Of a DNA stretch of 64,000 bases, positions 55,554 through 63,999 are shown piece by piece. The notes beneath the pieces were generated by a model, which was given only the letters and a program-made list of their open reading frames with translations, was not told where the DNA came from and did no database searches. Origin of the DNA: a virus (taxonomy: Duplodnaviria > Caudoviricetes); the IMG/VR virus record IMGVR_UViG_3300025087_000034; one strand, written 5' to 3'. The position numbers were made by a program, and so were the translations under genes. How positions within the stretch are numbered: the stretch's first letter is position 1; the number at the start of each line of letters is the position of its first letter.

Positions 55554-56395
55554 TTTTCAACCCAATCGGATGAATAGCCTTTGGTAGTCATAGGCTCAAG
55601 AATAAGGGCCTCATTTTTCTTTAGGAGGATTTCTTGAGCATCTAAGAATATATGCCCCGCTTTATTAGTGTCTATGCCTATAATAGTGTCATTTAATAGT
55701 TGTTCATTGTTTGATATGAAGACTAAGTCCTGCCATTTCTTTGTTTTTATTGTCAGATTATCCGATTTTTTTGCGATAAATAGTCTAATTGTGTCTGTAG
55801 CAAACACTATATAAAAATAGTTACCATGACATATAGAGGCAGCCTTCTTAAAGGCTTCTTTTATAGGTGCTCCTTCTACAATGAACTTTCCTGTCAAAGC
55901 GAGAACCAAATCAACTTTGCTGGGTAATGTTTGTAGGTTTATACGATATTGCTTGGCTATTTTTTCTACGGATTTAATATTACCCATGCCAAACCCTATC
56001 ATATTACCCATTTTTATAGGGGCTGTTTCTTTGTGGGTTTCTTTTGTTAGTATTCCGGCTATCAATGCAGTTGGGTTAATTATATCATTGTTTATTATAT
56101 TTAAGAACTTGAGGTTATCTACTAGTTTTCCTTTAGAAAGAATTTCTTTTATAGTAATTAGTCCTGTTTTGTATGGTCTGACAGAGTTGGCATTTTGAAA
56201 GATGGAATTAGTACTATGGAGAGTAGAATTAAATACAGATAAGGAGCATAGTGGATTTTCCATGCCAAGTAAAGCAATGTTAAAGAAGGTTTTTATCACA
56301 GTTTGCTTATCAGTAGCTGGGGAAGATTGAACAGCATGGGTATATTCTTTGGGCTTAGACAAACAAATGAGTAGGGTGGTGTTATGGTCGTACAT
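55529..56395 (-). CDS. Degenerate class II amidotransferase-like (Ntn-fold) protein
   Basis: APIKMGNMIGFGMG, KVDL, ASICHGNY...LFIAK...VFISNNEQLL resemble GATase-2; no N-terminal Cys. Confidence 0.5.
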   Translation of the reverse strand: MYDHNTTLLICLSKPKEYTHAVQSSPATDKQTVIKTFFNIALLGMENPLCSLSVFNSTLHSTNSIFQNANSVRPYKTGLITIKEILSKGKLVDNLKFLNIINNDIINPTALIAGILTKETHKETAPIKMGNMIGFGMGNIKSVEKIAKQYRINLQTLPSKVDLVLALTGKFIVEGAPIKEAFKKAASICHGNYFYIVFATDTIRLFIAKKSDNLTIKTKKWQDLVFISNNEQLLNDTIIGIDTNKAGHIFLDAQEILLKKNEALILEPMTTKGYSSDWVEKCLPYCQI

Positions 56396-57986
56396 ATGTA
56401 CCTGACTCTTTATCCCAAATTACGCCGTTGGTTGTTTGTAAATATAAAATCCCAAGTTTTACTTGTTCTGTTTTAGCTCCTATAATTTCACTAACAGTGC
56501 TTATCCACTCTAGTTCGTTAGAACACTCATCAATAAGGGCGGTATCTATTGTTTCTGAGATTTTATCAAGAACTATCTTACTTATTTTGTTTTTGTTCTT
56601 CACTAAATCTTTTTCTATCTTGTCCCAAGAGTCGCCTTCACTTAACCTATACGAACAAGGTCGCTCGGCTAATTCTAGTAGTATGTTAAAGGAATTTCCG
56701 TGTCCTCTAAGTTCCGGCTTTAATAGATTAACCATCTCTTTTGCTTGTAATCTAACCTTTTCCACGTAGGGTTCAAAGTTCTTGGTATTACTATGTCTAG
56801 GTCCCCCATAGTCTCCATAATTGTTTAAAAGTTTTTCTTGTATTTCACTTGCCTCATCCATATAGTCTGTATCGCCACTATGTAAAATACCATAGGTACT
56901 GAAAGACACGGCCTTTATAAGTAGCGAATATACAAGGAGGGATATTGCTGTTATAGCGGAAGGGGACAGCAGGCCATCACAGAAGCGGGCTTCTAGGTGT
57001 AGTTTTTCTATAGCTTCTTTGGAATCAAATTCTATATTGGAGTAGTTTATAAAAGAATATCTGCCCTTGGTGCCATCTGACTCGCTTATTTCTTTTATAA
57101 TAGATTTCATATTTCTACGTAGAGCGGAAAACTTTAGTATTGTGTGTCTGAATTTTGCCCATCTAGTAAGAGTATCCTTGGAAGTACCCGCAGAGGAGAT
57201 CCAAACTAGGGCATTATGGTAACGTCTGATAAGTTGGTGAAAGTTTGTCAATATAATTTCCGGCATAGCTCTTTCGAGTTCTATTATATTATGTTTATTA
57301 TTGACTCCCTTTTTGTATATTGGTATCACTTCCCCCCTATCGTTGAAACCAATATTATAGTATCCTGATAAAAGATGTATGTGGGTGCTAGCTCTTTCAT
57401 CTACGTAAGCACCCTTAGCTATACATTTGTCTATAATATTCTTTGTTTGTTCTAATAACATATCGTAGCTTACTCTCCTACCCACCGTTGTAACTTCAAC
57501 GCCTCCGTCTCCCTTTAAGCTGCCATCTTTTACGATTTGGAATACTCCGTTATCGCCAATCTTAAGAAGGTTTTCCGATGGAGTCAGTTCCTTAACAAGC
57601 TTAGCTCGTACATGGGAGGGATTTTTATTCTCGTCCAGAAAGAGGGCACATTTGGTACAGTCCCTTATGGCATCCTTGCATGTAAAGCAAGGAGAGTAAA
57701 ATTCCACGCAGTATATTCCTGGGCATTCATATTTTTGTCTTAGAGTACAATGCTTATAGGAAGCACATTTGGTGAAACACTTGGAGTTTTCTTTTTGGGG
57801 ATGAGAGCACGGGCATAGAAAGCTCTTACCATTACAGTTGCCTGTTTTTTCTAGCAGGTTTAGTTCGTGTTCGAGCCCTATTTTTAGAGTAGCTTCCAAT
57901 ATTCTTTTCCAATAATTAGCTTCCTCCGATAGCAAACAGGGCCTGTTCTTTTTCTTTGTGAATACTAACTTCTGATTTTGTTTCAT
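56382..57986 (-). CDS. Putative amidoligase (glutamate-cysteine ligase/GS fold) with Cys-rich insertion
   Basis: KIGLEHE, KDGSL, GVEVTT, STHIHL, RYSFIN, LEARFCDG; 12 Cys inserted after the first motif. Confidence 0.85.
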   Translation of the reverse strand: MKQNQKLVFTKKKNRPCLLSEEANYWKRILEATLKIGLEHELNLLEKTGNCNGKSFLCPCSHPQKENSKCFTKCASYKHCTLRQKYECPGIYCVEFYSPCFTCKDAIRDCTKCALFLDENKNPSHVRAKLVKELTPSENLLKIGDNGVFQIVKDGSLKGDGGVEVTTVGRRVSYDMLLEQTKNIIDKCIAKGAYVDERASTHIHLLSGYYNIGFNDRGEVIPIYKKGVNNKHNIIELERAMPEIILTNFHQLIRRYHNALVWISSAGTSKDTLTRWAKFRHTILKFSALRRNMKSIIKEISESDGTKGRYSFINYSNIEFDSKEAIEKLHLEARFCDGLLSPSAITAISLLVYSLLIKAVSFSTYGILHSGDTDYMDEASEIQEKLLNNYGDYGGPRHSNTKNFEPYVEKVRLQAKEMVNLLKPELRGHGNSFNILLELAERPCSYRLSEGDSWDKIEKDLVKNKNKISKIVLDKISETIDTALIDECSNELEWISTVSEIIGAKTEQVKLGILYLQTTNGVIWDKESGTYVRP

Positions 57987-59040
57987 GTTTCAACCATTTA
58001 AGTATGAGTGGTGCCTCGTGCTCCTCGGGTTTATAACTTATGTTTTGCATATATTCACCAGCTAGGTTGCCAATATTTTCTTCTATTTTTTTCATTTCTT
58101 CTTTCATCTTATTCTTATTTCTACTGTAGTACATATCTTGTACTTTAGTTGTATCTGGTAATTTATATAGTTTAGCTATGTAATCTTTGTCAGATATTTT
58201 TTCTGTTCTTTTCCAAGCAAGGCTTTCTTTATAAACTGTGTTTAGGATGTTTTCCATAAGGACAAAAGAAGTTGTTAGTAGGCTTAGTGCAAGTCGTGGG
58301 GACTTCAAATAATATCCCCCTGGGGTTCTATACTCCAAAGTTCTTCTACTTAAGCGGTAGTCTCCTAACTTGCCATAATCTTTTGACAATCTTCTACTAT
58401 CATTGCTATCTATAAAAGCACTTGGAATACCAATATAGTAATCTAATATGGACACCATATTCTTTATTATTTTATCAGTGTTATTTGGGGCAAATAGAAG
58501 AAGGTCTTCAGGAAGACCAAGGTGAACGTGAAAACCACATACACGATTATACAGACAAGACCCCGCAATGGGAAACAAGCCTTTCGGTAGTGTAGTATAA
58601 ATTTTTAATACTTGGTTTTTTAGATTTTCCAGGTGCTGCTCCGGAGATAAAGCAAAATCTGGACGTAATTCCCCTAATTCGCCATCACACCCTATTTGGC
58701 TGTCGAATGGAAGGACGGAAGAGGCATCTACTAATGTTCCTTTACGATTTACAATAAAGAATTCAGGGTCGGACCCTATTGTTAGATCGTGCTTCTCTAT
58801 ATATATGTTTTTTCCTGGATTGTATATTATAGGGGATAATACGTTGACAAATATATTCTTATTCCCGTGAGAGACAATATCTTCTTTTATAGCAGGGCAA
58901 ACTAATAAACTAAATTTTCCAACCGCGGTATCAAATATTAACCAATCACCATGGTCGATACCATAAGATAGCATTATTTCTCTTGGTACTCTAACCTGGT
59001 GCATTGCGCATGAAGTAGACGGAACAGCAGTAAGAAACAT
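57916..59040 (-). CDS. phiEco32-like COOH-NH2 ligase type 2 (copy A)
   Basis: IGSDPEF, GCDG, ELRP, GFHVHLG, GKLGDYR, LEYRTPG. Confidence 0.9.
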   Translation of the reverse strand: MFLTAVPSTSCAMHQVRVPREIMLSYGIDHGDWLIFDTAVGKFSLLVCPAIKEDIVSHGNKNIFVNVLSPIIYNPGKNIYIEKHDLTIGSDPEFFIVNRKGTLVDASSVLPFDSQIGCDGELGELRPDFALSPEQHLENLKNQVLKIYTTLPKGLFPIAGSCLYNRVCGFHVHLGLPEDLLLFAPNNTDKIIKNMVSILDYYIGIPSAFIDSNDSRRLSKDYGKLGDYRLSRRTLEYRTPGGYYLKSPRLALSLLTTSFVLMENILNTVYKESLAWKRTEKISDKDYIAKLYKLPDTTKVQDMYYSRNKNKMKEEMKKIEENIGNLAGEYMQNISYKPEEHEAPLILKWLKHETKSEVSIHKEKEQALFAIGGS

Positions 59041-59057
59041 GCACCACCTCTTATGAA

Positions 59058-60425
59058 TTAATGATAACGAATTAACATATTTTTCTGTTCGTAAGCAGCT
59101 TTCCTTTTCCAGAATTGATTTTTAAACATTTTTATATTGTCTACATAATCGTAGACAATAGCATTTTCTTTTCCTTCCAACGGTCTCTCAATCCTGCCAG
59201 TTGACTGAACTATTAGGCTAGAACTCTTTAGGGGGGCGGCGAGAAATAAGCGACTTGAAGGTTTATAATTAAAACCCTCAGCTAGAAGGCCATAGGTTAC
59301 TATAAGTATTTTTGTTTCTCCAGAGAGAAACCCTTCTATCTGTTTATCCCTAATCTTATTTGTCTGTTTGGAATGCGGAGAAGCAACAGTTATCCCCAAA
59401 CTATTAAAGATATCTGTTAGAATATCTATATGTTTAGTGGTAACAGTTAATACCATACAGGTATTTTCTAGACCATACTCATATAGTATATCTGATACTA
59501 TGAGATTGTTTCTTCTTTCATTAGTAGAAATATATTCTATTAGATCTGCATAGTTGGCTCCCCATAACTTCTTCGTAGCGGTAATTTCAGTATAGTGTAC
59601 TAAGACAGAAGAATTTATTATTCTATTTGCATCTACTGCATCCTTATGCTTTATTGTTGTTACTACTGGTCCTATGTAATTAAACATCAAAGGATCTAAT
59701 CCATCTTCTCTATACGGGGTAGCTGTAATTCCATATAAAAATCTAGGAGAAAATCCACAGATAACCTTTAAGAAAGTAGAGGAAGGAACATGTTGGCATT
59801 CATCAACAAGTATTAATCCAAAAGAATATTTAAGTTCTTTTATTAGTTCTTTGTTACGAACTAGTGTGGGAACCATACCTATAGTAAGTATATCCCCAAG
59901 TGCCTTCTTACTCTCTCCTATAATTCCTATTTTTCCTACTTCTATAAATTTCTCTATCTCTTTCTTAACTTGTTTAACAAGGGGCCCCCTATGAGTTAGC
60001 CATAGTGTGGGTAACCCTAGTCTGGCTATGACTTCCAAAGCCATTACAGTTTTTCCACTTCCTGCGGGGGCTATGCCAATACCCTGTCGGTGGGAAACTA
60101 AACTCTCAACCCAGGGTATTTGTATAGGTTCCAACTTTATGTTATTATTTATTAATCTTTTACTGAAATTGGCGGTAGTGTCTTCTATAACATTTATACT
60201 ATTAGTTATTTCTGTAGCCCTATAGAGATAGCCTCTAGGAACTATTATGCCTTCGGTTATTTCTGAATATTGTTTTATGAATTTTGGTATACCGAAGGTT
60301 CGTCTGCCAAATTGTATAGCAGATTTCCACGCAGGATTCGGGAAGGTTAGGTCTTTTCTAAATTGGTCTAGTTCAGTTTTTGATATGTTTGTTATAGTTA
60401 AGTCTTTGTCAATTTTGACATCCAT
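59058..60425 (-). CDS. Superfamily 2 helicase (UvsW/Rad25-like)
   Basis: APAGSGKT, VDECQH, GITATPYREDG, EGFN, QSTGRIER. Confidence 0.92.
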   Translation of the reverse strand: MDVKIDKDLTITNISKTELDQFRKDLTFPNPAWKSAIQFGRRTFGIPKFIKQYSEITEGIIVPRGYLYRATEITNSINVIEDTTANFSKRLINNNIKLEPIQIPWVESLVSHRQGIGIAPAGSGKTVMALEVIARLGLPTLWLTHRGPLVKQVKKEIEKFIEVGKIGIIGESKKALGDILTIGMVPTLVRNKELIKELKYSFGLILVDECQHVPSSTFLKVICGFSPRFLYGITATPYREDGLDPLMFNYIGPVVTTIKHKDAVDANRIINSSVLVHYTEITATKKLWGANYADLIEYISTNERRNNLIVSDILYEYGLENTCMVLTVTTKHIDILTDIFNSLGITVASPHSKQTNKIRDKQIEGFLSGETKILIVTYGLLAEGFNYKPSSRLFLAAPLKSSSLIVQSTGRIERPLEGKENAIVYDYVDNIKMFKNQFWKRKAAYEQKNMLIRYH

Positions 60426-60682
60426 CAAATCTTCAACGCGAGTACCCCGAGCTTTAGCTCTGGGGAGGAAGCGCTCCTCCTTGTTGTATTAGTAAAGTTT
60501 TACGACCTTTTAACCAAACAGTAGTCATGGCTTTAGGTCACTTATGATTCGTAATTAGCTGGTTTGTTATCCCCAGTCTTCCTAGATTTTACTTGAGTAA
60601 TGCTTTGGCTTTCCTTTTTTGGAATTATTTCCTAGTAAGCAAGGACTTGAAAGCCCCCGTTTTTAGGCGGGGGGTTATTTAT
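60426..60682 (-). mobile_element. 257-bp non-autonomous (MITE-like) derivative of the IscB element
   Basis: Minus strand begins ATAAATAACCCCCCGCCTAAAAACGGGGGCTTTCAAGTCCTTGCTTACTAGG (left end), holds iscB scraps and ends CCCCAGAGCTAAAGCTCGGGGTACTCGCGTTGAAGATTTG (right end). Confidence 0.88.
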
Positions 60683-60689
60683 AGTCCTC

Positions 60690-60899
60690 TTACAAGGTCG
60701 TAGAACCCATCTCTTTAGGGGTGGGATATAAGGCCTTTTGATAGTCCTCACTTTCTTTTTTTACTATATTTGTAACTTCTACTTCGTATCCTCCTTCTTC
60801 TAAGTTTTTTCTATGTCTGTCTCTAAGTTTCATAAATTCATAGTATTCTTTCATGGATTCAAATGTTCTTCCTGGAAATAGGGGAACAGTGAAAGCCAC
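60690..60899 (-). CDS. Hypothetical protein
   Basis: 69-aa ORF with start overlapping the ssb stop. Confidence 0.7.
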   Translation of the reverse strand: MAFTVPLFPGRTFESMKEYYEFMKLRDRHRKNLEEGGYEVEVTNIVKKESEDYQKALYPTPKEMGSTTL

Positions 60900-61339
60900 T
60901 ATAAACCTTTTACTAAGGACAAGATCTTATCTTGAGCTTCCTGTGAAACTCCAGAAGGAAGACGAGGATCCGTGTTTGCAATAGTTTCTGATGGGTCCGA
61001 GGGTGCTTCTGAGCGTACTGTTGAAACAAAGCGAACATCATTAGCTACTATATTTACGAACCTCTTTACTCCGGCTTCGGTCTCTATGCGCCTATTTTCT
61101 AAACGTCCTTCTACTATTACTGGAGTACCTTTTGAACAATACTTCATGACGGCTTCACCCTGGGGTCCCCAACATACTATTGACATATATGTGGTTTCTT
61201 CCTGTTTTACTCCGTCTCTAGTCTTATACCGCCTGTTGGAAGCGAGATCAAAACGGCACCCTTTGGTACCGTCCCCTATTGGGCTAGGATCCGAAGTAAG
61301 CCTACCACCAAATACCACCAAATTAATGTCTACTGACAT
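60899..61339 (-). CDS. ssb: Single-stranded DNA-binding protein
   Basis: INLVVFGGRLTSDP, FDLASNR, VCWG, KGTPVIVEGRLENR; GGAGG RBS before ATG 61339 (track start 61354); lacks the acidic DDIPF tail. Confidence 0.9.
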   Translation of the reverse strand: MSVDINLVVFGGRLTSDPSPIGDGTKGCRFDLASNRRYKTRDGVKQEETTYMSIVCWGPQGEAVMKYCSKGTPVIVEGRLENRRIETEAGVKRFVNIVANDVRFVSTVRSEAPSDPSETIANTDPRLPSGVSQEAQDKILSLVKGL

Positions 61340-61360
61340 AAAAACCTCCCACACTTTCTT

Positions 61361-61711
61361 CTAGTGTTTGCGTCCTCTACACCCACTGCCACAACTATGT
61401 GACTTATCGGTGTCGAGATTATTATTACAGTTTTTGCTACTATCACAACCACACCCCTTTTTTACATTGCTGTTCTGGTTATTCTCCCATTCGCTATCCC
61501 CTAAACACATACAATTTCTCATATCATTCTTTTTATAAACCAATCTGTCTAGGGTCTCCCATATTTTTATTTCTTCAATATTCCAAGGGTTTTTTTTGAA
61601 CCCACAGCTTGTACAAACGAATACTCTAAACCGTTCGTCTCCAAAACCGTGTTGGGTTTCCATATCGGCCAACATATCTTTTCCACAAACTTTACATTTG
61701 AGATTATCCAT
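61361..61711 (-). CDS. Zinc-ribbon protein with Cys-rich C-terminal tail
   Basis: CKVC...CTSC, then CMC, CGC, C, CGSGC. Confidence 0.7.
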   Translation of the reverse strand: MDNLKCKVCGKDMLADMETQHGFGDERFRVFVCTSCGFKKNPWNIEEIKIWETLDRLVYKKNDMRNCMCLGDSEWENNQNSNVKKGCGCDSSKNCNNNLDTDKSHSCGSGCRGRKH

Positions 61712-61937
61712 TAGTGTTCTCCTTTTTTGCGGGTATAAGACGTATTAAAGCTGAGTATGAAATCCAAGAAAAGACCAGAACTATGAAGTAACCTAATAAT
61801 TTAGACCTTATTCTAAATTCTAAACCCTCCTTTATAGCATATTTTTCTAGCTTTACATATTTTCTATATTCATATAGTGCACATACTGCTCCTACTAAAT
61901 GTAGTAATAAGACAGAAGTGACTAAAATGTCAAGCAT
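61704..61937 (-). CDS. Small membrane protein
   Basis: Two hydrophobic segments. Confidence 0.7.
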   Translation of the reverse strand: MLDILVTSVLLLHLVGAVCALYEYRKYVKLEKYAIKEGLEFRIRSKLLGYFIVLVFSWISYSALIRLIPAKKENTNG

Positions 61938-61938
61938 T

Positions 61939-62292
61939 TTAGTTAACTTTTGCCGATCTTAGTACGTATTTTGAATTACAAGGGCCACCTTCAAAATATA
62001 TAAGCTCCCCTTCTTTTACTATTGCTCTACATCCCTCCAAATATAGAATTCCAAACTGCATTACTCCGAATAAACTAGTGTAGTGTATTTTAAATTGACT
62101 CCCTTCTTTTGGAATATCGTTTTCTATAACTAGACCTCGTATTGGTTCTCCTCTTAATTTTATATCCGCCACTTTACGCCCTCTATTTGGAAAGAACTTT
62201 TCATCTATAGTAAATAAGTCGTACATTGTTCCTTCCGCTTCTAGAGGTATTTCGGAATATACTATACTATGTTCAAAGGCATCCTTGTCCAT
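61939..62292 (-). CDS. Hypothetical protein
   Basis: 117-aa ORF. Confidence 0.65.
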   Translation of the reverse strand: MDKDAFEHSIVYSEIPLEAEGTMYDLFTIDEKFFPNRGRKVADIKLRGEPIRGLVIENDIPKEGSQFKIHYTSLFGVMQFGILYLEGCRAIVKEGELIYFEGGPCNSKYVLRSAKVN

Positions 62293-62334
62293 GTTTTTTA
62301 ACGCAACCCTTTTCTTTAAAGGAGAGAAAAGACA

Positions 62335-62589
62335 CTATTCCCTTTCACCAAAGGGATTAAATCTAGTATGGTTAGGGAGTTCAGGAATAGGTAACCCCGG
62401 CCTCCAATTTGGATCTACTTCGCGAATACGACAAATCCAGCATATCTTGCCCTCACCAGGTACATTCATAGATGAAATACGTTTGTTGTACCACTCGTTG
62501 GCTCGCAACCACATCTTACGTATTTTACCACAACGAGGACACCGACTATGGGCCGATCGCGTTTTATGGTTGTACACTTTGGTTGTCAT
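62335..62589 (-). CDS. Small zinc-finger protein
   Basis: CPRC...CWIC. Confidence 0.65.
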   Translation of the reverse strand: MTTKVYNHKTRSAHSRCPRCGKIRKMWLRANEWYNKRISSMNVPGEGKICWICRIREVDPNWRPGLPIPELPNHTRFNPFGERE

Positions 62590-62617
62590 TTTCGTTCTCT
62601 TTTAACCATCATTGTAT

Positions 62618-63310
62618 TCACTCATATTTGTCTATCCATTTAAGAAGGCGTATTGTTCCATAGTTATATCTATTATACCTTCCCTCCCGTTTCTGACTTT
62701 CGATAATGTTTCTACACACAGATATGTTCGCGCCGTGTTCTAATAGCGCTTCTATTACTTCAGTATGGCCGCAGGCTAAGGCATATTTGAGGGCCCGATC
62801 ATAGTCTGCATGTACGTTCGCCCCATGCCTAAGTAGTACTTTTACAATAGCAAGATGCCCTGTTCTACAAGCTTTCCTAAGAGCTAAATCATTATACATA
62901 TGAACATCAGCTCCTTCGGTAATAACTCTACTCAATACTTTGGGTGTAATCTTCTCTTTTTCACCCATAATTACTTTGTTGGCGTGCCATACTTGTGGCT
63001 TATTTTCAAGGTGTCCGAAAAACCCTGCAAAAGTATCTTTTACCACGTGGGTATTACTAGGTATGGTAACTTTTCGTAGCCACGGTCCACAATCTAAAAA
63101 GGCTAGAGTGTCTTCCTTGGTAAAATAGATATCGAATGATGGCTTAGCTACATTGAGCCCAGTCTTGAGTTTTAGTCCGTCATAAATTCTATTCAGCATT
63201 ATAATTTTGTAGAAACCCATTTGGGTATCGTTTTTTATTTCGTGTGGGTCGTAGCTACAATGAGCCTGGGCATGGTAGTACTTAGACATTGTTCTTTCTT
63301 CTGATGTCAA
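62618..63310 (-). CDS. Ankyrin-repeat protein with Mimiviridae-like N-terminal domain
   Basis: GADVHMYNDLALRKACRTGHLAIVKVLLRHGANVHADYDRALKYA...GHTEVIEALLEHGA. Confidence 0.88.
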   Translation of the reverse strand: MTSEERTMSKYYHAQAHCSYDPHEIKNDTQMGFYKIIMLNRIYDGLKLKTGLNVAKPSFDIYFTKEDTLAFLDCGPWLRKVTIPSNTHVVKDTFAGFFGHLENKPQVWHANKVIMGEKEKITPKVLSRVITEGADVHMYNDLALRKACRTGHLAIVKVLLRHGANVHADYDRALKYALACGHTEVIEALLEHGANISVCRNIIESQKREGRYNRYNYGTIRLLKWIDKYE

Positions 63311-63999
63311 CTTCTCATTTTTTCTTTGGCGTGTTTAAACATCCAACCAGTCAGGTCTTTTGGTTCAGTATTTATGTTCTTTATCATTACAATTGGGTGC
63401 AGATTAGACCTAGTGGTAAACCAAAACTTGTGAAATTTTCTAACTATTATATTAACAATGGAGGACCTACCTTCTAACTCTGCCTTTTTATAATATTCCT
63501 CCAAACTTTCGGGACGAAATCCACAAAGGGCGGCCTTTTTTCTTATTATGTCAGTTAATTTTATGCTGGTAGATTTATCAAATCCTAATTCCACCATCTT
63601 ATCAACTCGGGCTGTACATATCGCTTCTTTACATTCTTTTTCCAGGCTTCTTCCAGCATGCTTTCTACTAAATACACTATTAGCAACTTTGTCTAGTAGA
63701 ATTTCCATTGCTATTGTAGTATCAGGGTCATTATAGTCCAATTCACCCTCTAAGATCCTCATTATATTATAGCACAAGGCAATTATTGTTCCGGTACCTC
63801 GTTTTATTCCCGTCAAACCCTCTACTATTTCTGCATTTTCTTTGGCATTTAGTAGCCCAAATCTTTGTATGTTGTATTCATCCAATACTAGCTCCCTAAA
63901 TCCAGGTATTTTCTTTAATCTGGCTTTTTCATACGCAGCCAGCCTCGCCGGGTGTGGATTATTGAACTCTGTTTCTAGGGCTACTCTGGATTCCTTACT
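63307..63999 (-). CDS. Hypothetical protein, 5'-partial (frame open to the right window edge)
   Basis: No stop from 63999 to 63307; the track start at 63885 is internal. Confidence 0.75.
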   Translation of the reverse strand, partial: SKESRVALETEFNNPHPARLAAYEKARLKKIPGFRELVLDEYNIQRFGLLNAKENAEIVEGLTGIKRGTGTIIALCYNIMRILEGELDYNDPDTTIAMEILLDKVANSVFSRKHAGRSLEKECKEAICTARVDKMVELGFDKSTSIKLTDIIRKKAALCGFRPESLEEYYKKAELEGRSSIVNIIVRKFHKFWFTTRSNLHPIVMIKNINTEPKDLTGWMFKHAKEKMRS

